Assembly: GCA_016926395.1 (NCBI GenBank)
Contig: JAFGOT010000010.1
Span: forward strand, 1 to 64,000
Length of the DNA: 64,000 nucleotides
DNA from: Candidatus Woesearchaeota archaeon
Lineage (GTDB): Archaea; Nanobdellota; Nanobdellia; Woesearchaeales; SKGA01
Reading direction: 5' to 3'
Part shown: piece by piece, positions 37,363 through 46,649 of the stretch
How the letters are laid out: the number at the start of each line of letters is the position of its first letter
How positions within the stretch are numbered: position 1 is the stretch's first letter
Notes under the pieces: generated by a model
What the model was told of the DNA's origin: nothing
Database searches by the model: none
The model's input: only the letters and a program-made list of their open reading frames with translations
Translations under genes and position numbers: made by a program

Positions 37363-38592
37363 ATGCGTTTTATTCATGTTGCTGATTGTCACTTGGATGG
37401 TTTTCGTGAGGAGAAATTATCAAAATTAGGATTTCAAAATTTCATTTATATAATTGATAAATGCATTGAAGAAGATATTGATTTTTTGATAATTGCGGGC
37501 GATTTATTTAACAGCGCTCTTCCAAGAATTGATGTTTTAAAACAAACTATTGCACAGCTTAGAAGATTACAACATAATGAAATTCCTGTTTATTTTATTC
37601 CCGGAAGTCATGATTTTTCCCCCCAAGGTCGAAGCATGCTCGAGATAATTGAGCTTGCAGGCCTTGGCCATAATGTTATGAAAGGCGAAGTAGATGAAGA
37701 AGGTAAACTTCATCTGAATTTAACTATTGATAAAAAAACTTCTTGCCAGCTTGTAGGCATTCAAGGTAAAAAAGGAATGCTTGATAAGAAATACTATGAA
37801 CAACTAGCTCCAATAACAATAGATAAATCAAAACCATCCGTATTCTTATTTCATACATCCATCACTCAGCTTAAACCTAAAGAACTTGACAAAATGGAAA
37901 GTTATGATGCAACACTTCTCCCTCCTAATTTTGACTATTACGCAGGCGGTCATGTTCATATAACAGAAGAAATAACACATCCAACAAATCCTAAAGCACA
38001 CATCACATATCCCGGACCGACGTTTCCCAACAGTTTTTCCGAACTTGAAAAATTAAAAGAAGGATATTACATTCTCTATGATAACGAAAATGGAAGTGAG
38101 GTTCCATGGAAGCGTGTATCAATTCCTTCAAAACGCGTTTTGAGCTTGAATTTTGATGCAAATAATTTGACTCCCCATCAGGTAGAAGAAAACCTTTTAT
38201 CTGAAATTGAAAAATTAGAAGTATCAAACTCAATAGTTCTTTTGCGTTTTGTTGGAACTCTTATTGAAGGCAAAACCACAGATATAGATTTTAAAAATAT
38301 TTTTCGTGAACTCTACGACAATGGTGCTTACACTGTTTTGAAAAACACACATAATTTAACAAGTAAAATATTTGAAGAGAATCAAAGCGACCATTCTTTA
38401 TCTGCAAAAGAGATTGAAGAGGATGCAATCAAAGAACATCTTAATCAATTCAAACTTCCTGAGAATTTAAACGAACAAGAAGTTATTAGCGAATTATTAC
38501 GACAATTAGATCAAGAACCAATCGATGGCGAGAAAAAACACACATTTAATGATAGAATAATAGAACAGTCAAAACTTATTCTTGAAAAATAA
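37363..38592 (+). CDS. mre11: Mre11/SbcD DNA repair nuclease
   Basis: Metallophosphoesterase motifs ADCHLD, AGDLF, PGSHD, FH, GGHVH; YPG; capping domain. Confidence 0.88.
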   Translation: MRFIHVADCHLDGFREEKLSKLGFQNFIYIIDKCIEEDIDFLIIAGDLFNSALPRIDVLKQTIAQLRRLQHNEIPVYFIPGSHDFSPQGRSMLEIIELAGLGHNVMKGEVDEEGKLHLNLTIDKKTSCQLVGIQGKKGMLDKKYYEQLAPITIDKSKPSVFLFHTSITQLKPKELDKMESYDATLLPPNFDYYAGGHVHITEEITHPTNPKAHITYPGPTFPNSFSELEKLKEGYYILYDNENGSEVPWKRVSIPSKRVLSLNFDANNLTPHQVEENLLSEIEKLEVSNSIVLLRFVGTLIEGKTTDIDFKNIFRELYDNGAYTVLKNTHNLTSKIFEENQSDHSLSAKEIEEDAIKEHLNQFKLPENLNEQEVISELLRQLDQEPIDGEKKHTFNDRIIEQSKLILEK

Positions 38593-38593
38593 T

Positions 38594-39106
38594 TTATTGT
38601 AAAAATTCAACTAAATCAACAAATTCAATTTCTTCTCTTGTTGCTTTCAAATCTTTAAAAGTGAATTCTTGTGTTTGCTTGTCAAATGCAACGCAACAGT
38701 CTTTAACAACAGTTATTTCAAAATCTCTATCGTAAGCATCTTGAACTAAACTTCTAACACAAAGATTTGTTAGTATTCCGCAAATAACAATCTCATCAAC
38801 ATCTTCTAACTCTTTTTCTAAATTTGTGTTATAAAAAGAACTTATCTTATTCTTTGTAATAATAACATCTTCTTTTTGTATATCTATTTCCGACATTATT
38901 TTAATATTTTTAGAATTAGGTGCGAAAGCATCATCGGACTCTTCTTCTACGTGTTGGGTAAAAATTATTTTATATCCTTTCTCTCGACAAAAACTAATTA
39001 ATTTATTGGTATTATCAAGCTCTTTAGAAATGTCTCCCACATAATAATCAGAGTTCTCATCAAGCCATTCATTTTGATAATCAACTAAAATTAACGCTTT
39101 TGTCAT
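38594..39106 (-). CDS. Isochorismatase-family cysteine hydrolase
   Basis: LVDYQNEW (Asp), KNKISSF (Lys), GILTNLCV (Cys); SD AGGTGA. Confidence 0.92.
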   Translation of the reverse strand: MTKALILVDYQNEWLDENSDYYVGDISKELDNTNKLISFCREKGYKIIFTQHVEEESDDAFAPNSKNIKIMSEIDIQKEDVIITKNKISSFYNTNLEKELEDVDEIVICGILTNLCVRSLVQDAYDRDFEITVVKDCCVAFDKQTQEFTFKDLKATREEIEFVDLVEFLQ

Positions 39107-39124
39107 ATTGTTCACCTATTGAAC

Positions 39125-40240
39125 TTAAATAATCGCATCTTTTATTTTAATTTTTTGTTCTTGCAGTTGTTTATCAAAAGAATCATATGTTAACCAAGAA
39201 GCATAAGTCCTACTAAATAAATAATAATCAGAATCAGATATAACAGAATCAATCCAAGAGAGGATAGAATCATCAGTATAAGTTTTATTTGTCAATAAAA
39301 AAACATTGCTATTAATTTGATTAATATTTCCTCGAAATGAACCATCTTGAGGTTCTATTAAAAAGGCACCATCCAAATCATCCAAATCTGAAGATGATAA
39401 AATAGGTTTTTCAGTAAAAGCAAGCATACAACGACCTGCAACATTTCCTAACACAGGGTCATAAAGGGCGCCGCAAACAATATTTGGATAAGTAAAATTC
39501 TCAATAGTGACTAAAGCCACGTCATCTAAATACCATGTACGAGCGTTATTAAGCCAATATTTTCTAGTGTCCGAATCATCATTAGGAAGAGTCCATCCTT
39601 TCAAAACAACAGATTTGCCTTCGCATTGAGACAAAACATAATTATATTCTGCCTTATAAAATAATGAATAATCTTCACAGTCACCACCATTATTATCTAA
39701 GAATTCTGTTAAAGAGCTTAGTTTATCTTCTTTACTGTATGTCTCGTTATCATAATGATAACTCAAGTCAAAGTATTCTGAGTTTAATAAATAAAAACAG
39801 CCTAATTTTATTTCACATGTATTTTGCTTAATTTCAAAACAATAAGAATCCAATCGAGATTTTATTCGTTCTTCTGTTTTCGACTGCCCTAAAACGGAAT
39901 TTTTCTTATACCAAGATAACGCATTTTGTATTTCTGTTTGATAAGTATTTATCGCACCAATAATGTCAGCAGATTCTTTTTTTAATCCATCGTAATCATT
40001 TTTAGCATCTGCTAAATTAGTTTCCAAATTCAATTTTTGAGAATTTAAAACAGCATAAGAATCATTCAAAGAACTAAATTTATTTTCTAAAGTAGACAGC
40101 TCATATTTATATGAGTCTATAGTTTGATTTAAAGAATTAATTTTTACCATTAAAAAAGCAAACACACAAAGAAACAATATCACAAAAACCATAAATAAAT
40201 CAAAAGAGATTGTTGATTTGGATTTTGTTTTCCTTGACAT
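39125..40240 (-). CDS. Membrane-anchored coiled-coil protein with transglutaminase-like domain
   Basis: N-terminal TM; heptad stalk; GGDCEDYS; LIEPQ; expected His position reads Arg (GRCMLAF). Confidence 0.65.
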   Translation of the reverse strand: MSRKTKSKSTISFDLFMVFVILFLCVFAFLMVKINSLNQTIDSYKYELSTLENKFSSLNDSYAVLNSQKLNLETNLADAKNDYDGLKKESADIIGAINTYQTEIQNALSWYKKNSVLGQSKTEERIKSRLDSYCFEIKQNTCEIKLGCFYLLNSEYFDLSYHYDNETYSKEDKLSSLTEFLDNNGGDCEDYSLFYKAEYNYVLSQCEGKSVVLKGWTLPNDDSDTRKYWLNNARTWYLDDVALVTIENFTYPNIVCGALYDPVLGNVAGRCMLAFTEKPILSSSDLDDLDGAFLIEPQDGSFRGNINQINSNVFLLTNKTYTDDSILSWIDSVISDSDYYLFSRTYASWLTYDSFDKQLQEQKIKIKDAII

Positions 40241-40260
40241 ATATTAAAACTAATCAAAGA

Positions 40261-40271
40261 AGTATTTAAAT
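40261..40271 (-). promoter_or_regulatory. TATA-box variant ATTTAAATACT (10/11 match to the shared motif)
   Basis: 21 nt from ATG 40240. Confidence 0.5.
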
Positions 40272-40322
40272 CTTTCACACCAAATAGGATAAATAAAAAA
40301 GAAAAAGAAAAAAGTTCAAACC

Positions 40323-41618
40323 TTAAGGTTTGAAACGCAACATTGTACGCGGGAATGGAATACAATCTTTAATATTCTCTGTTCCAGTTATCCATTGCAA
40401 CACTCTTTCTGTTCCAACACCATAACCTGAATGAGGAACACTTCCCATTCGTCTAAGGTCCATATACCAAGAGTATTGTGTGATATCTTCACCATCAGCT
40501 GCTAATCGTTCTTCCATATCTTTTACATCAAGACTCCGTTCACTACCACCAACTATTTCTATTCCTATTTGCGGAGCTAGCATGTCAAAACATAATGCTT
40601 CGTCAGGGTTTTCTGGATCACGTGGTTTGTAAAATCCCATTGCTTCAACAGGATAATGTGTGACGCATACAGGAGTATCAAAGTGACTCATTATTGCTTT
40701 CTCTTCTTCAGTACGCAAATCTTTTCCAAATGGGACTTCAATACCATCTTTTTCTTTGATTAAAGCGAGAGCTTCTCGGTACTTTATTGTTGGCCATTCC
40801 CTTTCTGTCATTGCTATTAGTGCATCAGGGTCTTGTTCCAAAATAATAAAGTCATCTCTACAACGTTCTGCAGTTTGTTTAATACAATACTTTAGTTCTT
40901 TCTTTGCAAATTCACTAACGTCTTTTAGTTTAAACCATGCAGCTTCCATTTCAGCCATCCAAAACTCGCTTAAATGTCTTGAAGTTTTAGATTTTTCAGC
41001 ACGAAATGTAGGACCAAAGTTGTAGATTTTTTCTAGTGCAAATATCCCTGCTTCACCATAGAATTGCCATGTTTGTGCAAGATAAGTTTTTTCTTGATAG
41101 TATTTTACTTCAAAAATTGTACTTCCACCTTCTGATTGTGTTGGTTGAAGGATCGGTGTGTCGAATCTAAAGAATCCTTCCTCTCTAAAGAATTGTTCTC
41201 TAGCTTGAACGTATGCACTTCTTATTCTAAGAATTGCTGCTTGCTTTCTTGTTCGAATACTTAAGTGTCTATTGTCAAGAAGAAATTCTGGTGATTGATC
41301 TTGTCCAAGTGGAAAGTCTGCACATTCTCCAACTACAGAGAATTCCTTAACAGCAACTTCATATCCTCCAGGAGCTCTATCGTCTTTTTTGATAGTTCCA
41401 GATACTTCGATACTGGCTTCTAGTCGTAGTTTATCAGCTACTAAAAATGCTTCTTCGCCAATAACTTCTTTTTCAATCACTAATTGAATAATATCAGCAG
41501 AGTCTCTAAGAACAACAAATTTTAGTTTCTTACTTCCTCTTTCTCGATATACCCAACCTCTAAGGGAGACTTCCCCAGTTCCTTGTGATTTTGCTTCTTT
41601 TATTGAAATAAATTCCAT
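40323..41618 (-). CDS. asnS: Asparaginyl-tRNA synthetase
   Basis: OB fold LRGWVYR...FVVLRD; FRAEKSKTSRHLSEFWMAE; EIVGGSER; PHSGYGVGTERV. Confidence 0.9.
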   Translation of the reverse strand: MEFISIKEAKSQGTGEVSLRGWVYRERGSKKLKFVVLRDSADIIQLVIEKEVIGEEAFLVADKLRLEASIEVSGTIKKDDRAPGGYEVAVKEFSVVGECADFPLGQDQSPEFLLDNRHLSIRTRKQAAILRIRSAYVQAREQFFREEGFFRFDTPILQPTQSEGGSTIFEVKYYQEKTYLAQTWQFYGEAGIFALEKIYNFGPTFRAEKSKTSRHLSEFWMAEMEAAWFKLKDVSEFAKKELKYCIKQTAERCRDDFIILEQDPDALIAMTEREWPTIKYREALALIKEKDGIEVPFGKDLRTEEEKAIMSHFDTPVCVTHYPVEAMGFYKPRDPENPDEALCFDMLAPQIGIEIVGGSERSLDVKDMEERLAADGEDITQYSWYMDLRRMGSVPHSGYGVGTERVLQWITGTENIKDCIPFPRTMLRFKP

Positions 41619-41966
41619 TTAATATCTTCCTCGTTATATTTTATTTTTGTATTATCAAGTAAATATAAATTCTGCTATTGTATGAACAATTGCTAATAAC
41701 TCTAAGAATAAGCTTTGGCTCTCAATTAATCACACTATAAACTAGGTCAAACGTTGTTTTTCCAGCAATTCTGTCTATTTTATAGTATGCGTACATATTA
41801 ATTACCTAAATGATTACAATTGCGTGAAGTTCTTCACATACAATTGTTCATTTATGCCAAAAATTGTAGAACAATTATTGTGCATAAAACACCAAAATGA
41901 GCTTCTCATATATAAATGTTAATGCTAAAACAGTTTTTCTGACTTTCTGAATGCTGTTCGGTGTTT

Positions 41967-43178
41967 TCATTCACCTTTCCAATCAAGAAATATCTTTGCT
42001 TGTTCTTTACGCAATTTTTCCATGTATTTTTGTTGAACATTATTTGAAAACTCTTTTGCTTCTTTTCCTGAAAAATAATCTTTTAAGAAATCTTCTGCGT
42101 ATTCTTTATACCTTCCTTTCTTTATTGCATCTCGAAGTTCATGTATTAAATTGTTCATAAAATGCAGGTTATGTATTGTTGCTAGTTTGTATCCTAATAA
42201 TTCGTGTGTTCTAAGCAAGTGGTGTAGATATGCTCGAGAATAATTTTTACAGGTTTCGCATTTACATCCTTCTTCTATTGGACCGTGATCGTTTTTGTAT
42301 GCAACTTTTTTTATCATAAACCGACCTTTTCTAGTTAGCATACTACCATGTCTTGCGTTACTTGTTGGGTAAATACTATCAAAACAATCAACACCTTCTC
42401 CTACTGCTCTAACAACATCTGGTGGACTTCCAAGTCCCATTAAGTACCTGACTTTATGATCGTCAAAATGTTTTACACTTTCTGCTATTGCGCCCATTAA
42501 TTCTCCTCGACTTTCACCAATAACTAGACCACCAAGAGCAACGCCATCAAAGTCCATTTCGTTTATTTTATGTGTTGAGAAACGTCTGTATTCTTCTCTT
42601 GTTCCTCCTTGTGCTATCCCAAACAGTAGTTGTTTAGAATCATATTCTTTTTTGAGTTCTTTGTGCGCGATTATACTTCTTCTTGCCCAGTCGTGTGTTC
42701 TTCTTATTGCATCAACGTATTCTTTTCCACTTAGACCATAATGAGCAACATCATCCAGTGTCATCGCAACGTCGCTACCTAAACGAATTTGGTTCTTCAT
42801 AGCTATTTCTGGAGTATATATCATTTTCTTTCCAGATTGATCTTTAAACAACGCTCCTTCGTCTGTTTTTTTTATTAAGAAATCTTTACTCAATACTTGG
42901 AATCCACCACTATCTGTAAATATGTTTTTTTTAAAATGCATGAATTTGTGTATTCCACCCGCGCCTTCGACAACGTCAATTCCTGGCGATAAAGAAAGAA
43001 TAAATGAATTTGAAATTATGCTTTCAAAGCCCAATATATCTATATCAGCTCCTTCCATCGCTTTAACGCTCCCTTTTGAAGCTACAGGCATGAAAAAAGG
43101 CGTTATCACAGGCCCGTGTTCAGTGTATAATTTACCTACACGTGCTTTTCCATCTTCATAGAGTATTTCAAACGTCAT
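41967..43178 (-). CDS. tgt: tRNA-guanine transglycosylase, bacterial/queuosine type
   Basis: TPFFMPVAS, DSGGFQ, LGSDVAM, GIAQGG, YLMGLG, DCFDS..PT..ARHG, CxCxxC...H zinc site; no PUA domain. Confidence 0.93.
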   Translation of the reverse strand: MTFEILYEDGKARVGKLYTEHGPVITPFFMPVASKGSVKAMEGADIDILGFESIISNSFILSLSPGIDVVEGAGGIHKFMHFKKNIFTDSGGFQVLSKDFLIKKTDEGALFKDQSGKKMIYTPEIAMKNQIRLGSDVAMTLDDVAHYGLSGKEYVDAIRRTHDWARRSIIAHKELKKEYDSKQLLFGIAQGGTREEYRRFSTHKINEMDFDGVALGGLVIGESRGELMGAIAESVKHFDDHKVRYLMGLGSPPDVVRAVGEGVDCFDSIYPTSNARHGSMLTRKGRFMIKKVAYKNDHGPIEEGCKCETCKNYSRAYLHHLLRTHELLGYKLATIHNLHFMNNLIHELRDAIKKGRYKEYAEDFLKDYFSGKEAKEFSNNVQQKYMEKLRKEQAKIFLDWKGE

Positions 43179-43217
43179 TTAGAATAAAGAAAAAAACAAA
43201 GGAAATTAAAAAAGTAT

Positions 43218-44015
43218 CTACTTTTTCTCATTATCAAGATAAGGTAGAACTTCAGATGCTTTTTTATTTCTAAAAATGATTTCACGAAGTGCATGAGTTA
43301 ATGCAAAAGGTTTTGCTGATTGCCAGATATTCCTTCCAACAGCTATTCCTGTAGCTCCAGTCTTCATTATCCCTTCTGCAGATTTGACAAAATCATGCGA
43401 ATCAACTTTCGAGCCACCTGCTGTTAAAACTCTTGCACGACCAGCATTTTTAACAACCCATTTATAGGCTTCAATATCTTGATTGTATTTTAGCTTTACA
43501 AAATCAGCACCTAATTCAAGACCTATTCTTGCGGCGTGAGATAAAACTTCTGTTGTTAAATCGTTTCTTATTGCTTGCCCTCTTGGGTATGACCAAAGTA
43601 TTGCGGGGATTCCATAATCGTGTGCTTGTTCAACAATTTTCCCAAACTCTGCAAAACCATCTGCTTCTGTTTCGCTTCCTGGATAAACTGTATAGCCTAC
43701 CGCTGCTGCGCCTATTTTCATTGCTCTATCAACAGAACATATTTGTTTTGATACAGGACAACCATGCCCTAGATTTGTTTTTCCATTTAATTTTACAACT
43801 AGAGGAACATCCCTGTATGCTTCATGATAGTATTTTTCAGAAATCCCGCTTTGAAGAATCACTGCATTATATCTTCCTTCTAAAGCAATATCTAGAATAT
43901 AATTTGGATCTACGTTTTTTAGATTAAAATCAGTTGGACCGTGTTCCAGACCTTGGTCACACGCAATCATCAATGATTTGTCATTTCTCATTAAGTGATT
44001 TGTCTTAATATTCAT
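43218..44015 (-). CDS. fbaB: Class I (DhnA-type) fructose-bisphosphate aldolase
   Basis: DQGLEHGP, KLNGKT, WSYPRG, ELGADFVKLKY (Schiff-base Lys), AGG, VGRNIWQ. Confidence 0.93.
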   Translation of the reverse strand: MNIKTNHLMRNDKSLMIACDQGLEHGPTDFNLKNVDPNYILDIALEGRYNAVILQSGISEKYYHEAYRDVPLVVKLNGKTNLGHGCPVSKQICSVDRAMKIGAAAVGYTVYPGSETEADGFAEFGKIVEQAHDYGIPAILWSYPRGQAIRNDLTTEVLSHAARIGLELGADFVKLKYNQDIEAYKWVVKNAGRARVLTAGGSKVDSHDFVKSAEGIMKTGATGIAVGRNIWQSAKPFALTHALREIIFRNKKASEVLPYLDNEKK

Positions 44016-44031
44016 TCAACTCAAACCTCAT

Positions 44032-45315
44032 TTAGTTCTTGACACTTGTCAATAAACAATCAACTATGCTTTTTTTATCTTCTTTCTCCCTTATAAGCTT
44101 TGCGAGGGATTCTTTTCCAAAAACGTGTTCTATCCAATCTGCAAAATGATTGAAATCTTTACCTATATGCTCTAAGACTAAATCTTCTGGTGCATATTTT
44201 AGGAAATATGCCAGTTCTTCTATGCTTCGTATGATTTTTCCGTTTTTTAATCGAAAACCTTTATCTTCTGGAGCTATTGAAAATGAAGGTAAGTGTTTTT
44301 CTGGATCTGTGAATTCTCTAATTTCTTTTTCAGATATTTTTTTTGTTTGTTTTCCATCAAAAACACTCATTTTTTCTTCTGCTTCTTTTAATGTTAATAA
44401 TTTATTTTTTGCGCCGTGTTTTGATATGACGCTTTCTGATTGAACGCAACCTAGTTTTAATGATTCTTCAACACATCTATTTTGAATTAGACCCGCAACA
44501 AATCCTGATGCGAATGCATCACCCGCTCCTGTTGTCTCTACAAGTTTTACAGTCGAAGAAGGACTTATGTGATAAATTATTTTGTTATGATAGCAAGTTG
44601 AGCCATTTGCACCATCAGTAATAACAACATAATCAGTATCATGCGTGCTTAATGCACTTGCTAATTCTTCTGCACTGGCATCTTTTTTATTTAGTAATAA
44701 TTGTGCTTCTTCTAAATTTAAAACAAGAACATCAAGCAACTCCAATACTTCTCTTAATGCATTATATCCTAATTTTGCTTGATATGCTGAGGGGTTAAAT
44801 GCTAGTTTTATTCCTTGACCTTTTGCATATTCAAAAATTGTTTTTAGTGTATTAAATGACTCTTCAACCATCGAAGATGAGTATATCCATTTTGTTTGTA
44901 AAAAAGATAGATTAACATCTTTTGTTTTTAGTGTGTTGTTACAACCTTTGAATGTTAGAATTGTTCTATCGTGTTCTATTGAATCCAGTATTATTGAATA
45001 TCCTGTTTGTCCTTCTTTTTTTCCCAAAAAAGTTACATCATATTCTTTTAAAACTTTAATTACTTCTTCTCCGTTTTGGTCGGTTCCTAACTTTCCTAAG
45101 AATCCTGTTTTTAATCCTAAACGAGAAAAGGATGCTGCGGTATTTGTTCCCCCTCCGCCAATTAGAAAGTTCAATTCTTTAATTAGTATTTTACTTCCTG
45201 AAGGATAGGTTATAAAGTCCTCTTCTCCGTCTTTAGTGAGTAGTTTTACAAGTTGAGAATCAGTATTAGCAAACACATCGACTGTGGCGCTCCCTATAGT
45301 AATAACATCGTACAC
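44032..45315 (-). CDS. PfkB-family carbohydrate kinase with C-terminal DUF5752-like module
   Basis: GGGGTNTA, ILTFKG, NLEEA, ITDGANG, ETTGAGDAF; tail FRLKNG...NHFADWIEHVF...LA. Confidence 0.9.
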   Translation of the reverse strand: MYDVITIGSATVDVFANTDSQLVKLLTKDGEEDFITYPSGSKILIKELNFLIGGGGTNTAASFSRLGLKTGFLGKLGTDQNGEEVIKVLKEYDVTFLGKKEGQTGYSIILDSIEHDRTILTFKGCNNTLKTKDVNLSFLQTKWIYSSSMVEESFNTLKTIFEYAKGQGIKLAFNPSAYQAKLGYNALREVLELLDVLVLNLEEAQLLLNKKDASAEELASALSTHDTDYVVITDGANGSTCYHNKIIYHISPSSTVKLVETTGAGDAFASGFVAGLIQNRCVEESLKLGCVQSESVISKHGAKNKLLTLKEAEEKMSVFDGKQTKKISEKEIREFTDPEKHLPSFSIAPEDKGFRLKNGKIIRSIEELAYFLKYAPEDLVLEHIGKDFNHFADWIEHVFGKESLAKLIREKEDKKSIVDCLLTSVKN

Positions 45316-45419
45316 CCTTCAACTCACCTAATTCAAATGACCTTTATTGATTTATAAATGTTCTGATGTACTAGTTAGTTGTAATAAGTTTTATAAACCA
45401 ATAAAATAATGATTAATCC

Positions 45420-46646
45420 ATGAGCATACTTATTCCTGTAAAAAAAGGTCTTGAAGAGCCTATTCAAGCAGTTGGACATAAGGGACTATTATTTTCTCAT
45501 CTTGAGGAAAGCATGAAGTTGCCTTTTAGTCTTATTATCTCAGGCAAGGTTTTTGAAGAGTTTTTAGCAGAGAATGGTTTGACAACAAAATTTAGAGAAA
45601 GAGAACATAATATCAAATTAAAAGAAGAAATGATTTCTTTGTTTAAGGACGCAACTCATGAAATTATGTCTGGACAATTTCCAACTCATACTATAGAAGA
45701 TTTAAGAGAGTGTTTTGAACTTGCTTCCCTTGATACTTATAATCCTAACCAGAAAAAACTTGAAATTTTAGCGATAAGACGTAGTACTGATTACGTTGAT
45801 GAGGATGATCACATCCCTTCAGCAAAATATACAAAAAATGAGTTTGATGAATTTTTACGAGCAATAAAAACTTGTTTCGCTAGTCTTTACTCACCAAGCT
45901 CTGTGTCTCAACGATTAAAACAAAATATTGACTCATTTAGTTGTGCAATTATTGTTTCTAGAATTCCTAACATGGAAACTTGTTTTGAAAGTGATTTTTC
46001 TTACCATCAAAACACCATTAGAGTGAATAGTTATGTTGGATTTTTAGATCCTACTAAAACTGTTCCGCGTGATTCTTTTATACTAAGTTCTGAATTCCTA
46101 AAGGTGGTTCATTCAACCATCCTTAGACAAGACATAGTTTCTGTTTTTGATGTTCTTACAAATAGCATCAAACAACAAAAATTTGTTTTTCATGGCTCTT
46201 CTCAAAGTGCTACCGAACAACTTGTCCTTGAGATTGGTCGTTTAACAAAAAAGATTAGTAGTCAGATGAGTGTTGGCGCTAGTTTAAAGTCAGAATTCTT
46301 ACTTGATAAAAATAACCAAATTATTTTTTTAGATGCTTTATTTAAACAAGCAACAGGTGAAGAAAAACCAAATCCCATTGTTTCACAACCTAAAATTCAA
46401 AAAGAGGAATTTTTTGATGCAAAGCCCGAGACCACTCTTGATATAAGTATTAAAGATAATTTTTCTAACGATGAAACCATCACATTTGTTGATAGTCTTA
46501 AGTCTTTTCTTAAAGCAAACAAGCATAAAAGTAAATTTGGACCAAGTATTGATATTGTTCTTCGTGCTTTAGAAAACGAAGTTAATAAAGATACTTTACT
46601 TCAAGCAGTTGTTGTTGCTAGAGAAATTATTGATTGTTGGGATTAG
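45420..46646 (+). CDS. Degenerate PEP-synthase/PPDK N-terminal (ATP-grasp) domain protein
   Basis: VGHKGLLFSHL, LAIRRSTDYVDE, AIKTCFASLYS and AIIVSRI echo VGGKGANL, VRSSAxxED, VKxCWASL and AVVVQxM; no phospho-His or PEP-binding barrel. Confidence 0.65.
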   Translation: MSILIPVKKGLEEPIQAVGHKGLLFSHLEESMKLPFSLIISGKVFEEFLAENGLTTKFREREHNIKLKEEMISLFKDATHEIMSGQFPTHTIEDLRECFELASLDTYNPNQKKLEILAIRRSTDYVDEDDHIPSAKYTKNEFDEFLRAIKTCFASLYSPSSVSQRLKQNIDSFSCAIIVSRIPNMETCFESDFSYHQNTIRVNSYVGFLDPTKTVPRDSFILSSEFLKVVHSTILRQDIVSVFDVLTNSIKQQKFVFHGSSQSATEQLVLEIGRLTKKISSQMSVGASLKSEFLLDKNNQIIFLDALFKQATGEEKPNPIVSQPKIQKEEFFDAKPETTLDISIKDNFSNDETITFVDSLKSFLKANKHKSKFGPSIDIVLRALENEVNKDTLLQAVVVAREIIDCWD

Positions 46647-46649
46647 TAA

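Noticed and set aside
40195-40240. Class III signal peptide on the transglutaminase-like protein (KS/TISFD)
   Set aside because: Ser at -1 and Thr at +1 deviate from the K-(G/A) consensus; treated as a plain signal anchor.
40323-41618. Second (archaeal-type) AspRS
   Set aside because: EFWMAEME and EIVGGSER fit AsnRS rather than the AspRS SxDxEM / SGxQR signatures.
41967-43178. Archaeosine TGT
   Set aside because: Bacterial-type motifs and length; no C-terminal PUA-containing domains.
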